Part shown: positions 1 to 9,619 of the stretch, in pieces
Position numbering within the stretch: position 1 is the stretch's first letter
Layout of the letters: the number at the start of each line of letters is the position of its first letter
Source of the DNA: Candidatus Anammoximicrobium sp.
GTDB taxonomy: Bacteria; Planctomycetota; Planctomycetia; Pirellulales; Pirellulaceae
NCBI GenBank assembly: GCA_012515235.1
Contig: JAAYYU010000042.1
Coordinates: forward strand, 17,122 to 81,121
Direction of reading: 5' to 3'
Length of the DNA: 64,000 nt
The notes under the pieces: generated by a model
What the model was told of the DNA's origin: nothing
Seen by the model: the letters and a program-made list of their open reading frames with translations, nothing else
Database searches by the model: none
Made by a program: the position numbers and the translations under genes

Positions 1-602
1 CGTTCCGGCTTGACCACGCCGTCTTTTGCGCCGTGAAAGACCCACAGCGGGATCGAGGCGATCTTCGGGGCCTGGGCAGGGTCGCCGCCGCCGCAGATCG
101 GCGCCGCGGCCGCGAATCGGCCGGCGTACCGCGCAACCGCGTCCCACGTGCCGTATCCTCCCATCGACAAGCCGGTCACATAGATCCGGTCGGGATCGAT
201 CGAAAACTCCTTCTCCAAACCGGCGATCGCCTCCATCGCCAGCCGCAACGGCGCGGCGGGCTGTGCCGGCATCTCGTGCGCGGGGGCCGACCAGTTCACT
301 TCCACCCACTTCCGCTCTTTGGGGCACTGCGGCGCGACGACAAAACACGGGTACTTGGCCCGGATCTCGTCGCGGGCAAAATCGTTCATGCCGTGAATCA
401 ACTGCTTGACGTTGTCGTCGCCTCGCTCGCCGGCGCCGTGCAGAAACAGGACCAGCGGGTACTTCGTCTGCGGATCGTAGTCTTGAGGCCGCAAGATCCG
501 ATACGGGAGCTTGGCGCCGTCGGCCGCCTCGTACGTGCGGGCCTCATAACGGCCGCGATAATCGTCGGCCGCGATGCCGATCATCGATCGCAACGGGATC
601 AT
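1..602 (-). CDS. alpha/beta-hydrolase esterase (phospholipase/carboxylesterase or PHB-depolymerase-like); 3' end runs off the window
   Basis: Absent from the ORF track because there is no stop inside the window. My minus-strand translation from the ATG at 602 reads MIPLRSMIGIAADDYRG..YPLVLFLHGAGERGDDN..DRIYVTGLSMGGYGTWD..IPLWVFHGAKDGVV. It has an HG motif, a GLSMGG nucleophile elbow and a late His. The start is uncertain: the hydrophobic in-frame stretch upstream has no start codon. Confidence 0.7.
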   Translation of the reverse strand, partial: MIPLRSMIGIAADDYRGRYEARTYEAADGAKLPYRILRPQDYDPQTKYPLVLFLHGAGERGDDNVKQLIHGMNDFARDEIRAKYPCFVVAPQCPKERKWVEVNWSAPAHEMPAQPAAPLRLAMEAIAGLEKEFSIDPDRIYVTGLSMGGYGTWDAVARYAGRFAAAAPICGGGDPAQAPKIASIPLWVFHGAKDGVVKPE

Positions 603-681
603 GCAAGCGGCCAGCGAAAGGGTTGTCGCCCACCGCCAGCCGCCGCCGGAGCGGACGCCTGACGACGAGACGTTCGAGACG

Positions 682-1833
682 CTACCGCGGTTGCTCGCCG
701 CCGGCCTTGAACTCTTGATACTTGGCGAAAGCCTGCTTTCTCTTGTCTTCATTTTGAAATCCTAGGGTGCCGAAATTGAACACAGTCGATTCACTTCTTT
801 GGATGCGTTCGAAGCCAAACTGCTTGGGATCTTGTTTTTGGAGGATCAAGACCGCAGCCAGGGCGACATCGCGGAGTTGTGTTTCGTACTGAACGTTGTC
901 GATGCGGTGGGCGCTGATCCGAGTCACATCCTGAAAGGCCGCTTCCAGCAAAGGGACGTGGGTGGCGTCACCCAGCTTGGCGACGGCCATCATCGCCGTC
1001 TGCCGGACGAAGGGTTGCTCGCCCCGGTTTTGCAGGATCCGCGTCGCCGGAATCAAGCCCTCCTTCAAGTCGTGACGCATCGCCAGAAACATGCTCTGCT
1101 GGGCCACCACCCCGTCGCTCCGTTTGATCCACTCGCAGAGCATCTTGCGGAGGACTTTGCTCTTTTCCGGATCGTTCATCGCGGCGACGAACGTTGCCTG
1201 ATTGCAGAAGTTCACCAGCGTGTAACTTGTCTGCAGGCCCAGGTTCACGTCGTCGCTGACAGCGGCGAACAGCAGGGTGGCGATGCTTCCCAGCGACGTC
1301 GCCTCACCCGCCTGGCGTTGCGAAAGCTGCAACTGCATGGTCCGGGCCTCAGCGGCGCGGGCGACGCCCTGGGGGCCGTGTTCGACGGCGTTCAGTAAAT
1401 CCGCTTCGGCTTGTTGCATTTCTGCGAACAGCCGGCGAATGTCGCCGTCGTCCCCATACAGGCTGCGGAAGCGGCGCCAAGCCGGCAGGTCCGAGCCCTC
1501 GCTGCGGCCTGCCGTAAAGGCGTCCAGGCGGCGCTGGAAGTCCATCTCGCCGACGATTTGCAGAACCCGTTCGCAACGGTAGCGGATTTCGCGGTCCGGA
1601 TGCGTCCGGCCTGCCTCGACCGCAAGCCTGGCCGCGACGCCCATTTCGATCAACCGCGCGGTGGCCCGCTCGCGCAGAGAGAATTCCTCAGCGCCCAACT
1701 GCTCGACCAACCGCGCCGCCTCGGTGTGGCGCTCCTGTGCCTCCGTCCGCTCGTCCTGGGCGGCAGCAAGCCGGACGCTCCCGCCCGCAACTGCCGCCAG
1801 CACAAGCAACGCGAAGGCCGCATCTCGCTTCAT
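682..1833 (-). CDS. secreted hypothetical protein with an N-terminal 'LGAxxFxxRExAxxxL' helical module
   Basis: 383-aa ORF with a signal peptide (MKRDAAFALLVLAAVAGGSVRLAAAQ). Composition is coding-like and helical-repeat-like. The N-terminal module is shared with the TPR protein at 51756-53627. Confidence 0.6.
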   Translation of the reverse strand: MKRDAAFALLVLAAVAGGSVRLAAAQDERTEAQERHTEAARLVEQLGAEEFSLRERATARLIEMGVAARLAVEAGRTHPDREIRYRCERVLQIVGEMDFQRRLDAFTAGRSEGSDLPAWRRFRSLYGDDGDIRRLFAEMQQAEADLLNAVEHGPQGVARAAEARTMQLQLSQRQAGEATSLGSIATLLFAAVSDDVNLGLQTSYTLVNFCNQATFVAAMNDPEKSKVLRKMLCEWIKRSDGVVAQQSMFLAMRHDLKEGLIPATRILQNRGEQPFVRQTAMMAVAKLGDATHVPLLEAAFQDVTRISAHRIDNVQYETQLRDVALAAVLILQKQDPKQFGFERIQRSESTVFNFGTLGFQNEDKRKQAFAKYQEFKAGGEQPR

Positions 1834-2209
1834 CCAGCCTTCCTCCGCCCTCGATTTGCCCGACTCGACTTATTCTAGCCAACCCGCCGGGGACTCGTCC
1901 AGCAGACGCGCGGATCGTGGGCCTTCAGTTACCGAAGCGACTTGCGGAGAATCCAGGTGCCCGCACCTGCCGCTTGCGCCGGTCTGCCGAGCACCGCGGA
2001 CGTGGTCCTGCCGAGCGGCGGCGCCGACGGCAACCTCGGCCGTCGCTTGAGGCCGCGCATACGGCTCGAACTGAGGCCAGCCGTGCTTGACACCTGATTG
2101 TTTTCGCGGACAATAAAGGCAAACGTAAAGAGGTCCACATCAACATGTTGGGGCCTTTCCCTTGCATGGTTTTCGTTCGCCCACGTCACGGCGTTTGGAG
2201 GAGTGGTTT

Positions 2210-2683
2210 ATGCGATTGGGCCGGCGGTTCGCTTACAGGGTCGCGTCGTCCGTAGGGAGTGGCAAGTCATGGGGGCCGTGGTCAGCCGTTGTGCTGCTGG
2301 CGGTCCTTGTGAGCGGTTGCAGTCAGGACACCGGCGGCCGGGTCGGAGTCTCGGGGACGGTGCGTTGGAACGGCACACCGTTGCAGGGGGGAACCATCGA
2401 GTTCGCCTCGGCGGATGGAGGGCAGCTGACCGGTTCGATGATCGCCAATGGCAAGTACTCGGTTCCGGCAGACAAAGGCCTGTTGCCGGGCAAGTACACG
2501 GTCCGCATCAGTGCCAGTCAAGAGACGGGAGCGGCACCGGCCGGTCCGCCGGGGCCGGAAGCGGAAATGCACAAGACCAAGGACTTGATTCCGGCCAAGT
2601 ACAACGTGGACAGCGAGTTGAGTGTAGAGGTCACCCAGGGCGGCACGGGCCAGTTCGATTTTGATTTGAGTGATTCGAAGTGA
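2210..2683 (+). CDS. lipoprotein with a carboxypeptidase-regulatory-like beta-sandwich domain (usual partner of DUF1559 proteins)
   Basis: GGAGGA lies about 10 nt before the ATG at 2210. Lipobox LVSG|C. The body reads GRVGVSGTVRWNGTPLQGGTIEF..GKYSVP..GKYTVRI. The track ORF (2162) probably starts too early. Confidence 0.65.
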   Translation: MRLGRRFAYRVASSVGSGKSWGPWSAVVLLAVLVSGCSQDTGGRVGVSGTVRWNGTPLQGGTIEFASADGGQLTGSMIANGKYSVPADKGLLPGKYTVRISASQETGAAPAGPPGPEAEMHKTKDLIPAKYNVDSELSVEVTQGGTGQFDFDLSDSK

Positions 2684-2848
2684 CGGGCTCGGCTTCGTCC
2701 GCCTGAAACCTCGCGGCGTCTTCGGGACGGCGAGTTCAAATAGCTTGCTCTGGCAACGACCGGACAACCTGGTTCCGGTCCGTTGGTCATACAAAAGCCT
2801 TGTGTTTTCTCATTCGTTTCCTTCTGAATCTGGTATCGGAGGTGGGTC

Positions 2849-3805
2849 ATGTTACGTCGTAGTCGAATCGGTTTTACGTTGGTCGAGTTGTTGGTGGTGA
2901 TCGCCATCATTGGGATTTTGGTGGCCCTGCTCTTGCCGGCCATCCAGGCGGCCCGCGAGGCCGCGCGGCGAACGCAGTGCGTGAACAACCTGAAGCAGAT
3001 TGGGATCGCGATGCACAACCACCACGACACCTTGAAAACTCTGCCGCCGGGCACCGGGCCGAATCCGTGCTGCTGGGGAACGTGGCAAGTTTTGATCCTG
3101 CGGTACATGGAGCAGGGGATGCTGACGGACGAGTACATTAATTGGGGCGGCAGCGATTCCACGGTCGTCCAGTACGGCGGAACGACGTACACGGGGACGC
3201 GATACAGCTCCGCCCCGAACACCACCAACGTGACCACCAAGCGACTGCCCGCGTTCACCTGCCCCAGCGATCGGCCCAACGCTCCGATCAGCGGTATGAC
3301 GAATCACAACTATGCCGTGAATTACGGCACGACGGGCTACGCCCAGGCGTCGAGCGTGAACGGTGTTTTGTTCCGAGGGGCGCCGTTCCGGGCCGCCAAG
3401 AGCGCGGCCGAGCGTTTCATCGGCAAGACGCTGGCCGATATCATCGACGGCACGAGCACCACGCTGATGGTAGGCGAAGTCCTGCAAGGCCAGGGCTCGG
3501 ACCTGCGCGGCTTCACGTGGTGGGGTGATGCCAGCAACTTTTCCAGCTACCTGGCGCCCAACAGTCGCCTGCCCGACCGTATCTATTCGTCTAGCTACTG
3601 CAATAACCTGCCGGACCACAACTTGCCGTGTGCCATCTCCGACAGCACCAACCCCACGATGTTCGCGTCCCGCAGCCGGCATCCTGGCGGCGTGCAGGTC
3701 GTGCTTTGCGACGGCGCCACCCGTTTCGTGTCGGATGCCATCGATCTGAACGTCTGGCGTGCGGTGAGCACTTCGGAAGGAAGCGAGCCGCAAAACCTGC
3801 CGTAG
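2849..3805 (+). CDS. DUF1559 / H-X9-DG protein with a prepilin-type N-terminal cleavage/methylation domain
   Basis: N-terminus [54 protein letters not shown]-terminal [12 protein letters not shown] matches H-X9-DG. Confidence 0.9.
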   Translation: MLRRSRIGFTLVELLVVIAIIGILVALLLPAIQAAREAARRTQCVNNLKQIGIAMHNHHDTLKTLPPGTGPNPCCWGTWQVLILRYMEQGMLTDEYINWGGSDSTVVQYGGTTYTGTRYSSAPNTTNVTTKRLPAFTCPSDRPNAPISGMTNHNYAVNYGTTGYAQASSVNGVLFRGAPFRAAKSAAERFIGKTLADIIDGTSTTLMVGEVLQGQGSDLRGFTWWGDASNFSSYLAPNSRLPDRIYSSSYCNNLPDHNLPCAISDSTNPTMFASRSRHPGGVQVVLCDGATRFVSDAIDLNVWRAVSTSEGSEPQNLP

Positions 3806-3820
3806 TCGGGAAATGGCAGA

Positions 3821-3853
3821 AGCCCGGCGGTGGCCGTGTGCCGGGCTGCTTTC
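3821..3853 (+). terminator. weak hairpin after the DUF1559 gene (possible terminator between convergent genes)
   Basis: AGCCCGGC (3821-3828) pairs with GCCGGGCT (3840-3847), followed by GCTTTCC. The T-tract is poor. Confidence 0.3.
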
Positions 3854-3887
3854 CGCCGCTGGTCTGTGCCGCGCGGCCGGGCAGGCC

Positions 3888-4826
3888 TCACTGGCCGCCC
3901 GCGCCGCGGACTTGCATCCGCAAGCCGTACAATCCGCGGCTGGCGGTCACGAACAGCGTCCGGTGATCCGGACCGCCAAAGCAGACGTTGGCCGTCCAGC
4001 CCTCCGGAACCGGAATCTGGTCGACTTGGCGGCCCGAGGGATCGAAGACCGTCACGCCCTTGCCGGTCAAGTAAACGTTGCCGCGCTCGTCGATCGTCAT
4101 GCCGTCGGAACCCATTTCGCAGAAGAGACGCTTGTCCGTCAAACTGCCGTCGGGCTGGATGGCGTACACGAAGGTCTTCTTGGCGCCGATGTCGGCGACG
4201 TACAACTGCTTGCCGTCGGGTGTGCCGATGACGCCGTTGGGCTGCGTCAAGTCGTCGGCCACTCGGACCAGCTTCTGACGATCGGGCGACAGGTAGTACA
4301 CTCCCTGGACGTCCTGCTCCTTGGGACCGCGGTTCCAGTAGGCGCGCTGGTAGAACGGGTCGGTGAAGTAGATGCCGCCGTCGGGCCGGATCCAAAGGTC
4401 GTTGGGGCCGTTTAGCAGTTTGCCGTCGTAGTCCTTGACGACCACGGTATGCTTCCCCTGCGGGTTGATGCTCCACAACTCGTTGTTTGCGTCCGCACAG
4501 GCCCAGAGCTGCCCTCGGCTGTCGAAGTAAAGTCCGTTGGACCGGCCGCACGGCTCCAGGAAGGCCGACAGTTCTCCGTCCACGCTCCACTTGAGAATCC
4601 GATCGTTGGGCTGGTCGGTAAAGTACACGTTGCCGGCCGCATCCGCGGCGGGGCCTTCGGTGAACTTGAACCCGTCGGCCAGTTTCTCGACTTTCGCTCC
4701 CGGCGCAATCAGGCCGCTGTCGGCGGCTCTAGCCGAGATCGAAGCCGCCAGGAGCGAAACAGCAACGACGAGAGCGGACTGGCGTGGCACGCAACTGGAG
4801 CGGACTGTGCGGTGGTTGCAACCCAT
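3888..4826 (-). CDS. SMP-30/gluconolactonase/LRE-family six-bladed beta-propeller, exported
   Basis: Signal peptide, then FTEGPAADAAGNVYFTDQPNDRILKW, NGLYFDSRGQLWAC, GPNDLWIRPDGGIYFTDP, PNGVIGTPDGKQLYVAD and SDGMTIDERGNVYL, as in this family. Confidence 0.85.
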   Translation of the reverse strand: MGCNHRTVRSSCVPRQSALVVAVSLLAASISARAADSGLIAPGAKVEKLADGFKFTEGPAADAAGNVYFTDQPNDRILKWSVDGELSAFLEPCGRSNGLYFDSRGQLWACADANNELWSINPQGKHTVVVKDYDGKLLNGPNDLWIRPDGGIYFTDPFYQRAYWNRGPKEQDVQGVYYLSPDRQKLVRVADDLTQPNGVIGTPDGKQLYVADIGAKKTFVYAIQPDGSLTDKRLFCEMGSDGMTIDERGNVYLTGKGVTVFDPSGRQVDQIPVPEGWTANVCFGGPDHRTLFVTASRGLYGLRMQVRGAGGQ

Positions 4827-5243
4827 GTTGATTTCTCCTTAGATTCGACCGCAAGAACAGGCCGACGCGGGCGGGCCGGCCTCAAGACCAGAACCAATCG
4901 TCCGTTAGTCTCCCTGCGCAACGTCCGTCACGCAAGATGTCTGCCGCTGCCGCCGGGATCTCACTTGAGGTGAAGAAAACGCGCAGCCATCGAAGCCCGA
5001 ACGGGAAACGGACACGGAAAGACGCTGTCCACGATGGCCCGGTCGAACGAATTACGGTCAGGCATCCAGCGATCGCCGCCAGCCGCGAAGTTCGCCACAA
5101 AGCGCGACGCCGGCCCCACGACGGCCAGCCGCGCGTCCGCGGCGGTCTCGGATCGCCTCCGGCCAGGCGTCGTGCGAACAGCTGGCACGGCCCACAAGCA
5201 GGCCGTGCCACACGGCAGGGTTCCGCTCGCCGTCCGCAGCGGT

Positions 5244-7070
5244 TTACGACCAATTCAGCACCGCGCCGCTGGCGGCGCTGGTGGCCATCGCAGTGTACTT
5301 GGCCAGATAGCCGGTCTTGTACCGCGGCGCGGGTCGGGTCCAGGCCTTGCGGCGTGCGGCCAGTTCGGCGTCCGACAAGCGGACGGACAGTTTCCGGCCA
5401 AGGATGTCGATGTCGATCGTGTCGCCGTTTTGCAGCAGGCCGATGGTTCCGCCTGCGGCCGCCTCCGGGCTGACGTGGCCGATGCAGGCCCCCGCCGTGC
5501 CGCCGCTGAAGCGGCCGTCGGTGATCAGGGCCACCGTCTTGGCCAGATCGGGGTTGGCCTTGATGTAGCTGGTCGGCGCCAGCATTTCCTGCATGCCCGG
5601 TCCGCCCTGGGGGCCTTCATAGCGGATGACCACCACGTCGCCGGGCCGGACCTTGCCGGCCAGGATTCCCGCACAGGCATCCTCCTGGCTCTCGAAGATC
5701 ACCGCCGGGCCGGAGTGCAGCAGCATCTCCGGGTCCACGCCGGCGGTCTTCACCACGGCGCCGTCTTCGGCCAGGTTGCCGTACAGGACGCTCAGGCCAC
5801 CTTCGGCCGAATAGGCCTGATCGACCGTGCGGATGCAGTCCAGCGGATCGAACTGGTTCTTTTCCAGATCGGCTAACACCCCCGCGCCGCCGGCTTCGGC
5901 GTTTTCGGTGTACACGCTCAACTCGCTGCGTTTGGCCGTGCTCAGTCCGTCCCGGCGGATCGTCTGGTTGCGAACGCGGATGTCGTGTTCGCGGATGTTC
6001 TCGCCCAGCGACTTGCCGGTCACCGTCAGCGAATCCTCGTGCAGCAAACCCGGTTTGCCGCGGGCCAACTCGCCCAGGATCGTCATGATGCCGCCGGCCG
6101 CATGCACGTCCTCGACGTGGTAGATCCGACCGTCCTTGCCGGACGACGGGGCGACCTTACAGATGTTCGGCGTGCGCTGCGAAAGCGCGTCGATGTCCTT
6201 CATCGTAAACTCGACGCCCGCCTCGTGCGCGATGGCCAGGATGTGCAGCACGGTGTTCGTCGAGCCGCCCATGGCCATGTCCAGGATCATGGCGTTCTCG
6301 AACGCCGCCCGCGTCATCACGTCCCGCGGCTTGGGGCCGTCGTCCAGCGCCATTTCGACAATTCGCTTGGCGGCCGTCGCGTACAACTGCCGGCGATCCT
6401 CGCTGGTGGCCAGGATCGTCCCGTTGCCGGGCAGCGCGATGCCCAGCGCCTCGGCCAGGCAGTTCATGCTGTTGGCGGTGAACATGCCCGAACAACTGCC
6501 GCAGGTCGGGCAGGCGTGATTCTCGATGTCGGCAAGCGTCTTGTCGTCCAGCCGGCCCGCCGTGTACTGGCTGACCGCGTAGAAGGCATTGATCAGATCC
6601 ACGCTGCGGCCGTCGGCCGTCCTGCCGGCTTCCATCGGCCCGCCGCTGACAAAGATCGCCGGGATGTTGCAGCGGCCGGCGGCCATCATCATGCCGGGCA
6701 CGATCTTGTCGCAGTTGGGGATGCAGATCATCGCGTCGAACCGGTGGGCTTCGATCATCGACTCGACGCAGTCCGCGATCAGCTCGCGGCTGGGCAGCGA
6801 GAACTTCATGCCGGCGTGCCCCATGGCGATCCCGTCGTCGATGCCGATCGTATTGAAGATGAACGGCACTCCGCCCGCCGCCCGCACCTGCTGCTTGATG
6901 AAGTAGCCAACCTTGTCCAGATGCGCGTGGCCGGGAACGATGTCGACATACGAATTCACGACGGCGATGAACGGCTTGTTCAGGTCCTCGTCGCGGAAAT
7001 TGCCCGTGCCCTTCAACAAACTGCGGTGCGGTGCTCGTTCGACGCCTTTCTTGACCAGATCGCTTCTCAT
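5244..7070 (-). CDS. ilvD: dihydroxy-acid dehydratase
   Basis: 608 aa. KPFIAVVNSYVDIVPGHAHL, GIDDGIAMGHAGMKFSLPSRELIAD, ICIPNCDKIVPGMMMAA, ALITDGRFSGGT. Confidence 0.95.
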   Translation of the reverse strand: MRSDLVKKGVERAPHRSLLKGTGNFRDEDLNKPFIAVVNSYVDIVPGHAHLDKVGYFIKQQVRAAGGVPFIFNTIGIDDGIAMGHAGMKFSLPSRELIADCVESMIEAHRFDAMICIPNCDKIVPGMMMAAGRCNIPAIFVSGGPMEAGRTADGRSVDLINAFYAVSQYTAGRLDDKTLADIENHACPTCGSCSGMFTANSMNCLAEALGIALPGNGTILATSEDRRQLYATAAKRIVEMALDDGPKPRDVMTRAAFENAMILDMAMGGSTNTVLHILAIAHEAGVEFTMKDIDALSQRTPNICKVAPSSGKDGRIYHVEDVHAAGGIMTILGELARGKPGLLHEDSLTVTGKSLGENIREHDIRVRNQTIRRDGLSTAKRSELSVYTENAEAGGAGVLADLEKNQFDPLDCIRTVDQAYSAEGGLSVLYGNLAEDGAVVKTAGVDPEMLLHSGPAVIFESQEDACAGILAGKVRPGDVVVIRYEGPQGGPGMQEMLAPTSYIKANPDLAKTVALITDGRFSGGTAGACIGHVSPEAAAGGTIGLLQNGDTIDIDILGRKLSVRLSDAELAARRKAWTRPAPRYKTGYLAKYTAMATSAASGAVLNWS

Positions 7071-7417
7071 GCGTTGCCACCCTTTTCTTCAGGCCTTCGG
7101 TAGTTTCAGAGACAAACCTGCGGGAACCGCGGTTCATTGTACCAGCCTCGCCCGCCAGAGAAAGGACCTATCGCTCGTCCGCCGCGTCGGAGGCCGCCGG
7201 AAGACGATCTGCAGTCCCGGTCCCGCCGGAATCTCGGCGAGCTTCCCACCGAACGACGGGGCTAACTGGCCGGGCTCCCAATCCGCTGGCACCCCTGGCA
7301 GTCCAGACGCGCCACGGCTACACTCAGTTCGCCGGCAAGCCTGAACGCAACCGTTCAAAGGACTCGGCCGCAGATCGGGCTGCGCGTCGGTCAGCTTCCC
7401 AACGAGGAGATGCCAGG

Positions 7418-8653
7418 ATGAACCCAACCAGTTCCCGTGCCCTTGGTGTGATGCTTGTCTTCCTGGCTTTCGGCATTCCGGTTGCCGGCCATGCCGCCGA
7501 CGCGCCGCTGGAGTACCGGATCGAACGGATCGCCGCCGCCGGCGGCTTCGACGGCCAGACCTGCTGGGTTCACGCCCGAGCGGGAGCGATCCCGGCGAAA
7601 GGGCCGGGCAATCCGGGCGCAACGCCCCTGATTGTGATGACCATGCAGAAACTGCTGCTGACCGGCTCGGACGTCTTTTATCCCCTGCACAACCTCTGGA
7701 CCGACGACCTGGGAACGACCTGGACCGAGCCGCAGCTCCAAACCGTCTTTGAGCGGCAGAAGATGGGCGACGATGTCGAGATGACCGTCTGCGACTTCTG
7801 GCCCAAGTGGCACGCCGCCAGCGGCAAGCTGCTCGGCACTGGCCACACCGTCTGGTATCAGAACAACCGCGTGATGTCGGTCCGCAAGCGGCACACGGCC
7901 TATGCCGTCTACGATCCGGCCGCTCGCGCATGGGGGCCGTGGAAGGAACTGGAGATGCCCGACGATCCGCGGTTCGCCAACGCCGGCGCGGGCTGCACAC
8001 AACGCGTGGATTTGCCCGGCGGCGACATCCTGCTGCCGATCTACTTCAAGCGGCCGGAGGACAAAGTGTCCAGCACGACCGTCGTCCGCTGCCGGTTCGA
8101 CGGCCAGGCGCTCCGCTACGTCGAGCACGGCAGCGAGTTGGCGACCGAGGTTCCCCGCGGGTTCGGCGAACCGTCGCTGGTGAAATTCGGCGAGCGATTT
8201 TTCCTGACGATCCGCAACGATCAGAGGGGCTATGTCACCTCCGGCGCTGACGGGCTGCACTTCGACGCGCCGCAGCCGTGGACGTTCGACGACGGGACCG
8301 AATTGGGCAGCTACAACACCCAGCAGCATTGGGTCGCGCACAGCGACGGTCTGTTTCTCGTGTACACTCGCCGCGGGGCCGGCAACGACCATGTCTTTCG
8401 CCACCGCGCGCCGCTGTTCCTGGCCCGCGTGGACCCCGAGCGGCGGTGCGTGATCCGGGCCAGCGAACAGGTGCTGGTCCCCGAACGCGGCGCCCGGCTG
8501 GGGAATTTCGGCGTCACGTACGTCAGCCCGAACGAGACCTGGGTGACGGCCGCGGAATGGATGCAGCCGCGCGGCGTCGAGAAACGGGGCAGCGACAACC
8601 GCGTGTGGGTGGCGAAGATCAAGTGGAGCAAGCCGAACCGCGCAAGCGACTGA
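7418..8653 (+). CDS. exported BNR/sialidase-fold (exo-alpha-sialidase-like) protein
   Basis: GAGGAG precedes the ATG and a signal peptide follows. It has one Asp-box-like TDDLGTTW and a beta-propeller-like repeat texture. Substrate unknown. Confidence 0.65.
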   Translation: MNPTSSRALGVMLVFLAFGIPVAGHAADAPLEYRIERIAAAGGFDGQTCWVHARAGAIPAKGPGNPGATPLIVMTMQKLLLTGSDVFYPLHNLWTDDLGTTWTEPQLQTVFERQKMGDDVEMTVCDFWPKWHAASGKLLGTGHTVWYQNNRVMSVRKRHTAYAVYDPAARAWGPWKELEMPDDPRFANAGAGCTQRVDLPGGDILLPIYFKRPEDKVSSTTVVRCRFDGQALRYVEHGSELATEVPRGFGEPSLVKFGERFFLTIRNDQRGYVTSGADGLHFDAPQPWTFDDGTELGSYNTQQHWVAHSDGLFLVYTRRGAGNDHVFRHRAPLFLARVDPERRCVIRASEQVLVPERGARLGNFGVTYVSPNETWVTAAEWMQPRGVEKRGSDNRVWVAKIKWSKPNRASD

Positions 8654-8762
8654 CCGGCGAACGAACCGCGCGACGGATTTCGAAGCCGCTCGCCGCGGTG
8701 ATTATGATGGCCTCGCAAGTTTCCCTGGCATTACGCCTCCCGGCTTCAGAAAGGAAACCGCC

Positions 8763-9596
8763 ATGCCCCGACTGTTCCGCTCCGTTGCGACCTTCCTGGT
8801 GTTTTGCGTGCTGTCGGCCGGATCGGCCTGGGCTGCTGACGTGGACGCCTGGCGGACCGTGTTCGCTACGCCCCAAGAGCTGGCAGCGATCGCCGAACCG
8901 ATGGTCTGCATTCTGACGATTCAGCACGCGGAGATCATCCGCAGGCAACTGGCCGACAAGCCGGCTGCCGCCTACTCGGGCGCCAGGCTTCGGGAGCGGG
9001 TCCAGCGGCAAAGCGGCCTGAGATGTGTCGTGGTCCACTTTACCGAGGTTCGCGGCGAGGACCTGGATCGCGGCAACGTCAAGGCGATCCTGATTACGGG
9101 GCGATCGAAAACAAGCGGTCCGGACGTGGACGCCAAGTTCTATCCGCTGATCCGCACCACGCAGATTCCCGTTTTCGGATTCTGCGGCGGAATGCAATTG
9201 ATCGGGCGGGCTTACGGAGCCAACGTCGGCCCGCTCCGCAAGTTGCGCGAAGGCGAAAAGGACCCCAATCCGAACTACCATCCAGGCCAGTTCAAGGAAT
9301 GGGGGTTCCTGCCCGTCCGGATCGTGAAGCGCGATCCGTTGTTCGCAGGGCTGCCCGACGAGCTCGTGGTCCGCCAGGCGCACGCCTTCCAGGTACGGCA
9401 AGTCCCGGCCGAATTCGAGTTGCTGGCCTCCTCGCCGGATTGCGAAGTGGAGGCGTTCAAGCACCGTGAACGACTGGTCTACGGCACCCAGTTCCACCCC
9501 GAGGTGAACGACGACGATCACCCGCACGGCCGTGTGATCCTGGAGAACTTCTTTCGCCTGGTCGGGTTGGGGCCGAAGCCCGCCGCGGGCCATTGA
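8763..9596 (+). CDS. class-I glutamine amidotransferase-like (GATase1 / peptidase C26-like) protein carrying a signal peptide
   Basis: MPRLFRSVATFLVFCVLSAGSAWA|AD signal. Nucleophile elbow FGFCGGMQL and GTQFHPE (His-Glu). Confidence 0.75.
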   Translation: MPRLFRSVATFLVFCVLSAGSAWAADVDAWRTVFATPQELAAIAEPMVCILTIQHAEIIRRQLADKPAAAYSGARLRERVQRQSGLRCVVVHFTEVRGEDLDRGNVKAILITGRSKTSGPDVDAKFYPLIRTTQIPVFGFCGGMQLIGRAYGANVGPLRKLREGEKDPNPNYHPGQFKEWGFLPVRIVKRDPLFAGLPDELVVRQAHAFQVRQVPAEFELLASSPDCEVEAFKHRERLVYGTQFHPEVNDDDHPHGRVILENFFRLVGLGPKPAAGH

Positions 9597-9619
9597 GTGG
9601 GTTCAGGCGCTGCAAACGC

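Noticed and set aside
2087-2116. TTGACA at 2087-2092 upstream of the lipoprotein gene as a sigma-70 -35 box.
   Set aside because: No acceptable -10 hexamer lies at 16-18 bp spacing (ACAATA or CAATAA at best), and planctomycete promoter consensus is not established. Too weak to call.
4961-5197. 78-aa minus-strand ORF between the SMP-30-like gene and ilvD. It has fairly GC3-rich codons (..RLAVVGPASRFVANFAAGGDRWMPDRNSFDRAIVDSVF..).
   Set aside because: It has no convincing start or ribosome-binding site and no family I recognise, and overlapping ORFs in other frames look equally plausible. It may be a gene remnant. Not reported as a feature.
5985-7103. Long antisense ORFs on the strand opposite well-supported genes. 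Examples: 5985-7103(+), 12178-13932(+), 19177-20640(+), 32655-34517(+), 40028-42547(+), 46480-48108(-), 56532-58214(-), 35696-37453(+).
   Set aside because: Their translations are Arg/Gly/Pro/Ala-rich with no recognisable motifs. This is the usual antisense-frame artefact of GC-rich DNA. The opposite strand carries ORFs with clear family signatures (IlvD, BatA, CHAT, beta-helix, PD40, CysI, sialidase and others).
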